Shown in pieces: positions 26,068 to 35,748 of a DNA stretch of 64,000 bases. This DNA is from Alloascoidea hylecoeti (lineage: Eukaryota), in the NCBI GenBank assembly GCA_001600815.1, contig BCKZ01000015.1:124001-188000 (forward strand). Reading direction: 5' to 3'. Position numbers and translations under genes: made by a program. Positions within the stretch are counted from its first letter, which is position 1; each line of letters opens with the position of its first letter. Under the pieces are notes generated by a model, which was given only the letters and a program-made list of their open reading frames with translations, ran no database searches and was not told the origin of the DNA.

Positions 26068-26677
26068 ATTCTTAATGAGAATGCAGTATTATATAAATTA
26101 TATGGTTACTAACTAATAGCGTGTAGATATTCATAATCAAATCTTCATTTTTAACTGTTCGTTATCTGATATCAGCATAATCATAAATTGTTGAATTGCC
26201 TGAGATTTAACAAAATAGTCATTTTCAGCTATAAGGTTATGCCTCGAAATATTCTTGATTCAATTATAAGTTTAGAAATTTAAAATTTTTTATAATTGCA
26301 AACAGTAAGATAGACCTAAATAGGAAATTACTGCATTTTAAAATATGAATTGCAATCACTCGTATTATCAAAGAGACTGTCGAACCCGTTGGGCCAAAAA
26401 GCCATATCTAGTTGATCAAAAATGAATACTTCCAACAAATTCATGATAGTTAACAGCTAATTATATTGTAATTTGAATCTGCTTTGATGAAATCTTATAC
26501 ATATTGCCGTTAATAATTAGCTACATATAACGATTTTGTTTTTTATTTACACTCGGTGTTCACTGTTCATTGATTTATCTGTAGGATTATTAATTTCGTG
26601 AATTCTCTGTAGATCACGATTATTATTCCCAACACTAATTAACTGAACTTCAGATATACCAGCATTAACAATTGACA

Positions 26678-27354
26678 ATGGCGATTGCAGTAACATCAGA
26701 GAAACTGGGCCAAAAGGCAACCAACAATTTGTTATCACCAGCCTATATTACAAATGGATTAGTGTTTACCAGTGGCCAACTTGGTTATGATTTTGAAGCA
26801 CAAAAATTCGGGGTCTCAGTTGAGGAACAAACTGTTAGTTCTTTTTTCGCCCACAAACTTGTCCGTCGAGCTCTTTGTAACTGATTATTGTAACTAGGAG
26901 TTGGCTATTTCCCAACTCGAAAGAGTTTTGAAAGCCAGTGGTTCAGACCTGGGCATGGTGGTCAAGGTCTTGGCATTTGTTAGTCATGCCTCACACGCAT
27001 CCATCTTTAACAAAGTATATGCTAAGGTGGGTCAATATGCTGTTTCTGATACAGTCTAGCGTATTAACATTCACGTATTTTGATAATATAATATAGTACT
27101 TTCCTCAAAAGCCTGCTCGAAGTTTGATAATGTATGCATTTCTGAACTTTTTGAACCCAATAAATTTAACTAACTAGTTGATCATGACATTTGCATATTT
27201 AGTGTTCAATTTCCCAACCCAGACGTTACAATTGAAATAGAATGGTATGATTTGAACGTCTTACATTTGAGCTTTTCTTCTACTAACAATTAAAAAAAAA
27301 AAATTCTGTTTTGTTTCTAGTGTTGCTGAGGTTGGTAACAGTTCCAAGCTATGA
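26678..27354 (+). CDS. RidA/YjgF/UK114 enamine-imine deaminase with C-terminal PTS1 (SKL), 131 aa; exons 26678-26833, 26898-27026, 27097-27131, 27203-27244 and 27321-27354
   Basis: Spliced protein has LSPA, VFTSGQLG, VLKASGSDLGMVVKV, FNKVYAKYFPQKPARS and IEIECVA, and ends GNSSKL-stop. All four introns are GT-AG with branch-like motifs and preserve the frame. Confidence 0.88.
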
Positions 27355-27697
27355 CTAAACGTTTTAAATCACATATATATAGCATCTCAACAATATTGAA
27401 TGATTTATTATCCTGAAATAAATTTCATATTAACTTTTGATACAAGCTTATAAATTAAAGGATATAAAATTTATAAATATAACTCTACTTTCTCAGCCTC
27501 GCAATACATACCTATATTATAATTATCGTAGCGTAGCGCCTTAGCTCGCAATTGTGGAATCATAGCTCATCGCCTATAAATAATGTCTCTTCCTCGAGGC
27601 TTAACTCTTTAAAGTTCTGTATAAATATATATTCTAACGCTCTTCTATTGTTGTTCTAACTATTGCTTATTATAACTATATATGAAACTCATGAATC

Positions 27698-29194
27698 ATG
27701 ATACAAACCAGAAAGAGTTTAGCATCCAAAATCGTCTATTTTCTCAGTCGTTTGCTAATAGCAACAGCTATTCTATTTAATTTCTATACTTATTTTTATC
27801 CATCTTTCAGACCAGATGTTTGTTCATGGAAATCTTATTCAGATGATACTCAGATTCCTTTATCACTCTCTCCCACAAAAAGGTTAGAAAGCCGGCTGAA
27901 TAGTTTATATGTGCCTCGGGCAGATATAGTTGCAGATTTAATTTCAAGTATGATCAAGAAAACAACAAACTACTCTTTAGACCAAGATAATACTAGTAAT
28001 AATACCAACAATGATACTCAGGATAAACATTTCTTACTATTTGGTGACCCCCAGATTCCTGGAACTAATAAATACACATCATATGCTAAAAAACTTGATA
28101 TTTTTGGTAATGATTTTTACCTTGGTCATATATATAATGTCATGAAAGATCGGTTACAACCTCATGCTATAACGGTTTTAGGTGATTTAATCTCATCACA
28201 ATGGATCGATGATGAAGAATATTTCAAACGTGCAAGACGATTAATGACAAGATTATATCCTCAACCTGGTGATATTAATACCGAATTGATTAAAGATACA
28301 TATACAATGAAGTCTATTGATTGGAAATCCTATGCGGAGAGTATTTTATCAGAAGAGAATCCTCAATATGGTTATGAGAATGTTTACTCTTGGAAACAAA
28401 CATCAATATCACAAAATAGATTTAGTTCAGATTTCCCTCTTTTCATTAATATTACTGGTAATCATGATATTGGATATTCTGGTGATACAACATGGCAACA
28501 TATGGCAAGATATTCAAAATATTTTGGAAAAGATAATTATTGGATAGAATACAATACAAATACTACTCATTCTTGGCGAATAGTAGTCCTAAATGATATG
28601 CTTTTAGATGGTCCAGCTTTACAGGAGGATATTAGAGACAGGGTATGGGAATTTTTAAAACAGGTTAAGGACAGAAACTTCAAAGGATCCACAATTCTTA
28701 TTACACATGTCCCAATGGAGAAACCAAAAGGTTATTGCTTTGATGGACCTTCAAATAGGTATTATTCAAACCATTATTCAGATCATCAAAAAGCAGGTAA
28801 ACTTAGATCTCAGAACTTTTTGAAATATGGCACATCACAAGATGTCTTAAAAATGGTATTTGGAAGCTCCGATAAACATGGTGTGATTTTAACAGGACAT
28901 GACCATGAAGGATGTTTAAGTTATCATGAGTATGATGAAAAATATAACACTTGGACTCCAACTAAAACTCCAACCAAAAATACTAGGGTTCAAGAAATAA
29001 CAGTACGAAGTCAAATGGGGGAGTTTTCTGGAAACAGTGGTTTATTAACAGCACATTGGAATAACGATGCTGAAAGTTGGCAGTATGATTATACCCTTTG
29101 CCCTTTTATGATACAACATGTCTGGTGGGCATCTAAAATATTGCTTATTTTGGCTGTCTTATTTACCTCTATTTCTGCTTTAAATGTATTATAA
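27698..29194 (+). CDS. TED1: GPI-remodelling metallophosphoesterase Ted1
   Basis: N- and C-terminal TM segments; FGDPQI, LDIFGNDFYLGHIY, GDLISSQWIDDEE, GNHDIGY, ILTGHDHEGC, EITVRSQMGEF. Confidence 0.9.
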   Translation: MIQTRKSLASKIVYFLSRLLIATAILFNFYTYFYPSFRPDVCSWKSYSDDTQIPLSLSPTKRLESRLNSLYVPRADIVADLISSMIKKTTNYSLDQDNTSNNTNNDTQDKHFLLFGDPQIPGTNKYTSYAKKLDIFGNDFYLGHIYNVMKDRLQPHAITVLGDLISSQWIDDEEYFKRARRLMTRLYPQPGDINTELIKDTYTMKSIDWKSYAESILSEENPQYGYENVYSWKQTSISQNRFSSDFPLFINITGNHDIGYSGDTTWQHMARYSKYFGKDNYWIEYNTNTTHSWRIVVLNDMLLDGPALQEDIRDRVWEFLKQVKDRNFKGSTILITHVPMEKPKGYCFDGPSNRYYSNHYSDHQKAGKLRSQNFLKYGTSQDVLKMVFGSSDKHGVILTGHDHEGCLSYHEYDEKYNTWTPTKTPTKNTRVQEITVRSQMGEFSGNSGLLTAHWNNDAESWQYDYTLCPFMIQHVWWASKILLILAVLFTSISALNVL

Positions 29195-29352
29195 GTTTCA
29201 TATTTCTTTTTGTTCCTATAGTTATAGAATAAATATAGGTGTACTTTAATTTACTTGACATTAGAAAAAATTAGAGCAAGTAATTGTAGCCTATAGCCAT
29301 ATATATTTATATTTATTTGTTCGCATATTTTTATTTATTTGTCCGCATATTT

Positions 29353-29764
29353 TTATTGTTGTTTTCTTAACAGATATCTTTGTCGTCGTGGATGAGCCTA
29401 ATAAAAAGAAGGTTAGCAAAGAATATAACATCTCAATTGGAAAAAAATGACAACATACCTTTGAACCAGACCAGTTAAATCTAAAGCCAATCTCATGAGC
29501 CAGAATCTCACCAAATCCAAGCATCATACCATTTATGAATGGCAATATCAGGTTAATGGCAGTTCTAGATAAATATTTAAGGATAACACTACTGTTTTCT
29601 TTAAGGATAACAGTCAAGGAGAGGTATTCTGGAGCCGGTGGAATCTCATCATCAACAGAGTCAATCTTTCCTGATATCAGTTCATCAGCTATTTTTTCTG
29701 TTGAATTCTCGGAGAGTTGAGCTACTGGGTCTGATGACAGGAATCCTTCTTCTTGGACAGACAT
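29353..29764 (-). CDS. MIM1: Mitochondrial outer-membrane insertase Mim1 (Tom13), 116 aa; exons 29764-29459 and 29397-29353
   Basis: Signature AINLILPFINGMMLGFGEILAHEIGFRFNW; 61-nt intron (GTATGT...GCTAAC...TAG) gives GSK|AHPRRQ. Confidence 0.9.
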
Positions 29765-29854
29765 ATGTGCGGTGATTGTGTTGTGGAAGAAGAAGATCTT
29801 AGGAAGTTTACATACAACCTTCTCAACTACCATCCTGCTTATATTATAAAAAAT

Positions 29855-31642
29855 ATGGGAAGCAAAGAAAAGGAAAAAGAAATCGTCGCCCGTTCTTTGG
29901 CAGCAGTCGTAGATATTGGCTCCAATGGGGTTCGCTTTAGTATATCTTCTTTGGCTTCTCATCACGTTAGAATCATCCCCTGTGTTTATCAGGATAGATT
30001 AAGTATCTCGTTGTTCGATGCACAGTACTCCGTCTCCGTGAAAGAGCAAAAGAAGAATCAAACACACAAAGAAGATGACAAATCCGATTTCACAATTGAA
30101 AAACAGCCGATTGATCCCAGTGTGATCGATGAAATCATCTACGGTATGAAGAGATTTGCTCTCGTCTGTAAAGACTTTGGGGTGGCTGCTAGCTCAGTAC
30201 AGGTCGTTGCTACTGAAGCAACTCGAGAAGCTTCCAATTCCGCACAATTTAGAGAAAGAATATTACAAGAAACGGGTTGGGAAGTTAAACTTCTCACCAA
30301 AGTGGAAGAAGGGACCATTGGTGCATATGGGGTCGCATCCTCTTTTTATAACATCTCCGGTCTTTTTCTTGACCTTGGAGGTGGTAGTACTCAACTCTCC
30401 TGGATCATAAACAAAAATGGATCCTTAAAAATGTCAAATTCCCCCGTTTCTTTACCATATGGAGCTGCTGCTTTAACTCTACGACTACAAAACGAAAACA
30501 AAAGAGATCTAAGAGATGAAATTCAACTGGCAATGGAAAATGCTGTTTCCTCAATTAATATTCCAGAAGAATTAAGAAGGCAATCTGAAGAGCAAGGTGG
30601 TTATGATCTATTAGCATGTGGTGGTGGATTCAGAGGGTTTGGTCATCTGTTATTAGCTGATTCTGACGATTATCCAATTCCTTCTGTTATTAACGGATTT
30701 TCGACATCAGGTGAAAAATTCCATGATTTAGCAACATATCACTATATAAAAACTGGAAATAAATACACGGGGTTCGACAAAAAGAAGGTATTTCGAGTTT
30801 CAGAAAGACGAGCCAAACAATTACCTGCTATATCATTATTGATATGCGCAACTCTTGAAGCCCTTCCAAAGATTAAAAATGTGAAATTCGCTCAAGGAGG
30901 TGTTAGAGAAGGTGTTATCTACAAAGATTTACCAAATGATATTAAAAATCAAGATCCATTGATTATTGCCACACAACCTTATGGTCCACTTTTATCTCAA
31001 AAATATCTTGATTTACTATTGGGTGCTATTCCCACAAATGCTCCATCTGAAATTAGAGAAAGATTGGCTCCGGCACTTGTTAATGTTGCCTTTGTCCATT
31101 GCTCATATCCAAAAGATCTCCAGTCTTCGGCTGCTCTTTATATAGCAACTACAGGGATCATTTCAGGTACTTATGGTTTGACTCATCGAGATAGAGGCTT
31201 AATTGGACTTGCACTTTGTGAAAGATGGGGAGGCGAGTTACCTGAAGCTGACAAAAAGGTACGATCTGCTATTTGCAAAATGATTAGCGGTTCAAATACA
31301 GATGATAATTCTGATTGGTGGGCCAGATATTGTGGGAAATTGATGCATGTTATTTGTGGTGTTTATCCTGGTGGGAATGTTCATGAAGGTTCACTAACTT
31401 TGAAACTTGTCGAGAATGACAATGGTTTTTCTATTACATCTAGCCCTAGAAAATTTAAAAATGTTTCTTTGAAACTGAAAATAGAGACTGAAGATAATGA
31501 TTTCAGAACTGCTTCGTATAGTGTGCGAAGTCGAATCCAATCTTTAGAGAAGAAGCTGAAGAAAATATCTAAAGGTAGCTCAACTGAAGGGAAAATCAAG
31601 GTAGACGTATTATTAAATAAAGTTAACTCAGACTCTAAATAA
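29855..31642 (+). CDS. RTG2: Retrograde signalling protein Rtg2 (Ppx/GppA-like ATPase fold)
   Basis: AVVDIGSNGVRFSI, ATEATREA, DLGGGSTQLSW, SLPYGAAAL, GGGFRG, FRVSERRAKQLPA, GGVREG. First ATG is at 29855. Confidence 0.93.
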   Translation: MGSKEKEKEIVARSLAAVVDIGSNGVRFSISSLASHHVRIIPCVYQDRLSISLFDAQYSVSVKEQKKNQTHKEDDKSDFTIEKQPIDPSVIDEIIYGMKRFALVCKDFGVAASSVQVVATEATREASNSAQFRERILQETGWEVKLLTKVEEGTIGAYGVASSFYNISGLFLDLGGGSTQLSWIINKNGSLKMSNSPVSLPYGAAALTLRLQNENKRDLRDEIQLAMENAVSSINIPEELRRQSEEQGGYDLLACGGGFRGFGHLLLADSDDYPIPSVINGFSTSGEKFHDLATYHYIKTGNKYTGFDKKKVFRVSERRAKQLPAISLLICATLEALPKIKNVKFAQGGVREGVIYKDLPNDIKNQDPLIIATQPYGPLLSQKYLDLLLGAIPTNAPSEIRERLAPALVNVAFVHCSYPKDLQSSAALYIATTGIISGTYGLTHRDRGLIGLALCERWGGELPEADKKVRSAICKMISGSNTDDNSDWWARYCGKLMHVICGVYPGGNVHEGSLTLKLVENDNGFSITSSPRKFKNVSLKLKIETEDNDFRTASYSVRSRIQSLEKKLKKISKGSSTEGKIKVDVLLNKVNSDSK

Positions 31643-31990
31643 GATAAAGGATTGATTGAAATTGTTATTTGTAAATTAATCATGAACTGTACGGTTAACT
31701 ATATCTTCGTATTCTTTTATATATATGGTAAAGTCATTGATCATGATAAAACCCTTAAACTCGATAAAACATATTAATATTTTATTATAATCTATTTAAC
31801 TTATGACTTAATATTATTGTTATATTATCATCTCTCTAAATACAGTTTTATTTAGCCTAAAAATTCCGAATAAATACATACTAAAGTGACGAAATAGGCT
31901 CTCGAGTATGGCTAAATCAGAGTGAACAAATTGTATACCAGTAGAACATTAATATGTAATTGAAAATTATTTACATTTAAAATATATATA

Positions 31991-32320
31991 TTTTTTTCTC
32001 TATTAACCATTATCATGATATTTTCCAAATCTTTAGATTTTTCTACCTGTACCACGGTACCGTTATAGCTATCTATATCGCTACATCTTCTATGTACTTG
32101 TATATTCCAAAGAATTTCAGATATATCAACTCTTTAATTAATGAATGAACGACTTTGTATATTCGGATGAATTAAATCTTCCAAAGTTGTTATATCCCTA
32201 CTAATTTGATGAATACCATCCTCTTAATTAAAAATGTGTTCTTCTGTTTCTATACTTGGTTGTAAACACAGTATGCATTTAGTGAACCATTCAAATTTTT
32301 GTTTGATTTAAAATCCCTGT
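31991..32320 (-). mobile_element. Degenerate 3' fragment of a non-LTR (L1-clade-like) retrotransposon, copy 2
   Basis: Minus strand reads TKCILCLQPSIETEEHIFN*...TTLEDLIHP...N*RVDISEILWNIQVHRR, with two in-frame stops. It is clearly paralogous to copy 1 and ends at a short A7 tract (T run 31991-31997). Boundaries are approximate. Confidence 0.65.
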
Positions 32321-32335
32321 GATGTGAATAATTCC

Positions 32336-33045
32336 TTTTTTTTTATTTTATTTTATCATTTTATTATAAATTTAAACGTAAGTATAGAATTATTTAAAAG
32401 TGTTATACCTTGACGGTACAACAATGTCTGTTTTGTATTTATTTATATCTAAGAATCAGTTTCCGTCGTTCAATATTTGCTAAATGAACAATAGCATCTG
32501 AGTCTATTTTGGGATCACATGAGTTGAATCTCCTGTTTACTCGCATCTGCCATAAAATCTCTGAAATTAGGCTTAGATTTTGAATTATTTTAGTATTTTT
32601 ATACGTTGGGCATATCAAGTCATCCAAACTTATATCTTTACCTAAGAAGTGTAAGAAAATTGTTCTTTTTGTTTGAAAATTATTGAAAACATGATCTTCT
32701 GTATTGATCCTTGGTTGTAGGCAAAGAATACACTTATTCATATTACCATTTTTATGATCACTTAAGGTAAGACCTCCAGTAATGTGTAGTGTCGGAGATT
32801 TAGTCTATGAATAAAATCTACCGACCCTGGTTCTTCCCTATTGATCCTATGTAAGAGCAGCCACCATTCTTACCAGTCCTGTGTGCTACGTTCTTTGATT
32901 TGTCTAGTTGGAAAATTAGGAATGATCGGTTGATCATCCATTTGCTGATAGTATCTTGATGCCGCTCTTCTGAACGCTCTGATTTCTATTGGTTTCTCAT
33001 CATGAGTTGTAACATTACTGCTAAAAAGAGAAGAAACAAGTGTTA
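32336..33045 (-). mobile_element. Degenerate 5'-truncated 3' fragment of a non-LTR (L1-clade-like) retrotransposon, copy 1
   Basis: QDW*EWWLLLHRINREEPGSVDFIHRLNLRHY [frameshift] NKCILCLQPRINTEDHVFNNF...SLDDLICP...ISEILWQMRVNRR fits the zf-RVT/CCHC end of ORF2. Stop at 32441-32439, about 95 nt of 3' UTR, then an A-rich tail (T9 at 32336-32344). The 5' boundary is approximate. Confidence 0.7.
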
Positions 33046-33062
33046 AATCTAAAAATGAAATC

Positions 33063-33134
33063 GGGCCGAGCTGGGAATTGAACCCAGGGCCACTCGCACC
33101 CAAAGCGAGTATCATACCACTAGACCACACGGCC
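33063..33134 (-). tRNA. tRNA-Pro(UGG), intronless
   Basis: GGCCGTGTGGTCTAGTGGTATGATACTCGCTTTGGGTGCGAGTGGCCCTGGGTTCAATTCCCAGCTCGGCCC folds as a cloverleaf with A box, B box (GGTTCAATTCC) and anticodon TGG; a T5 terminator follows a few nt downstream. Confidence 0.97.
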
Positions 33135-35748
33135 GAACATATAGTGGAACTATATTCTTCACGTGATGTCAGCAAATGCTCCCCTAAGTGGGGGGAATCT
33201 AATATCTAAAAACTTGAAATAGTAAAATATATCTAAAAAAAAAAAAAAAATTTACTTTAAAGGTGGTCTAGGTACATAAGAAGGGAAGAAGAAGAGTGTC
33301 AAGAATACACAAAAATAAGAAGAATAGAAAGAGAGGTTTTTATTTCACTATATATAGTAGAGATTTCCTCAGAATTTGTTTCTAGTTATATATATGAAAA
33401 GTTAAAAAAAAATTATTTAAAAGTTAAAATAAAAATTAATTCTGATGAAAAAAAAAACTAGGAAGTTAGCACAGCCAAATAAAGACTATTAGACGTATAT
33501 CATCTTGGTTGAGAAGCCATCACTAAAGTGCTTATGGTGAAAACATCTGGGGTGTTAGTAGGTATTTCTCGGGTCTAGAGGTAAAAACCGCTGCAGTTAT
33601 ATAGTGTTAAATCATGCCAGAGGGTTTCAGATCGATAAGAGATAAAATAATGATGTATGTAAACTTGAAAGAAAGAAAAGATTTAGAGAATCAAGTAAAG
33701 ATATATATTTTTATCCTAGTAATGGTGACGTAATATAAGGGAATTAATGTTGTAAAATCTCACAAAAAATATGAGCCTCATGGCATAGTTCTTCCATAGA
33801 CGTTTCAGTTCTATTGAATTGTCAACGGATTTAAAATATTACATTTAGCAAATGGGGGATGGTGAAAACTGTTCGTCGGATTCAAAGAAATAATTCTAGA
33901 CCTTTTATATGTAGTACCATGGTCAAATAATTATAACAGTTATTATTATAGGCATCCTCTTATAGATCACCATAATTTGTAATGCCTGATGCATGCTTCG
34001 ATAAGCTACATGTACAGATTTTTTTGTATACAACAGATCTCGTATATGCATAATCGAATTTCCCTCCCAGTTACGTATATTTCTCTCATTAACAATTGTC
34101 CTTGTGTTATATAAGATTGGACAAGATCAGATATATAAACGCTCAACTGTAATTACATTTTTTCCATCATATTTGCTCTACAGCCAGTTACTAGATTCTT
34201 GTGTTATAAGTAATTCTAGCGCAGAATATTTTTAAGCCTGGTAAAACGGTGGTATAAAATCTTAAGTGGGGATAAGACTGTGTACCCGAGCAACATCTAG
34301 TTGTATTTATAGGTTTCTATAATTGATAATTCAAAAGTTGAAAATTAACAAAATATAATTATGGTATTAGACGTAAAAATGCAATCAATGTGTATTTGAA
34401 CCTTCTGCCGATCATATCATCATAATATAAACCTAATTATAAAGAAAAAAAAGTAATACAATATTAATGGTAGTTTTTTTATCAACCCACGGCTATAATT
34501 AATCACCAATGCTTGGTTTTGATAAATACTAACAATCTTATAATGACATATCAAATATTATTAATGTCTCATCTATAATAGAAATAAATTTAATGTTTTG
34601 TAATTAAATATATGCATATTGATTGCATGTGTAGCAGGTACAGCTTTAAAAATATAAAACTAACGCTTCAACATTTTTAAGTTGTTTAAAAAAAGTTACG
34701 ATCGAAACCTCAATTGAAAGAGCATATACTTACGCGTATGAATATATCCAAGTACTAGTGTTTTATTCATTTCCAGCTTATATACACATATCATATCATA
34801 TGGCTGGAGTTGAGATTTGAAATATGCTCAACTTCTTTAAATATATAAACATCTTGGGTTTAGATAAATCTAGATCTTAATGCCCGTATAAAAATAACTT
34901 TACCTATAGCTTAGTTATAGCTCTATATTTACTTTAACATTACCGCCCACCAATGCCCATTAGTTTCATATAGAAGTTATATCTATAGCAACTTCAATCA
35001 ATAGGCTATGATACTTTAGAGGAGTTCAATAATGTTAAGGGTTGTAGTTAATTGTTTTGACTGATAAGCATAATCCATTAATGGTGATAGCTTCCATTTG
35101 AAATATGCCATCAACATTTACAAACAACGGTTGCTGATAAGTATTTATTATAAATACAATTATAAATGCAATTATATAAAAATGTTACATATTAATAATT
35201 ATAACTAATTAAGTGAAAAATAGTATTGGATTGCAATTACGCCGAACTTGACAAGTCTACATCAATTGTTAAGCTTGAACTTCGGATGATATCGTTGTGC
35301 TCGCTGTCTTGCAATAATCCAATCAATTATAAACCAAGTTAAAAAACGTTGAAACGGTAAAAATTTAAGGATAACATAAATTATGTACCACTTGTAGCTA
35401 CTAATCTGTTAGTATCACGATTAAATAAACAACGCTATAAAATTTTAAAAAAATCACTATAATATGCATGCAGAAGAGATGCAAAAAAAATCCGTTGAAT
35501 CATCATGCAGTGCCTAGTACGTACCAAGTAAAGTGTTTACATTACATATGAAGCTTTCTCCTCTTCATTTTTTTCTCACACTTTTTTCCTCCTATATTTA
35601 CGAATCATCATTTTCTCTTTGTAAAAAACATTGTGGTTTGAATTTTAATAGCAACTTCATAAACTTAGCATCATATGTCAATATTTGAAATCATCTACAA
35701 TAAAATATAAGTATACAAAATATCATATAAAAATCATATATCATTCAC

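Noticed and set aside
29291..29965. 224-aa minus-strand ORF and the non-ATG extension of RTG2 as an overlapping gene pair
   Set aside because: Using the real ATGs (29764 and 29855) and the MIM1 intron removes the overlap.
33159..33166. TCACGTG as CDEI of a point centromere (also near 365)
   Set aside because: No long AT-only CDEII followed by a CDEIII motif at suitable spacing; more likely ordinary bHLH (Cbf1-type) sites.
32439..33175. ORF-track entries 32439-32741 and 32870-33175 as host genes
   Set aside because: One runs through the tRNA gene, and both are better explained as pieces of one disrupted retroelement frame.
33748..34035. 288-bp segment bounded by TGTTGTA...TACAACA, resembling a solo LTR upstream of the tRNA
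   Set aside because: The flanks (ATTAA and GATCT) give no target-site duplication and there is no second copy in the window. A genome-wide repeat search would be needed.
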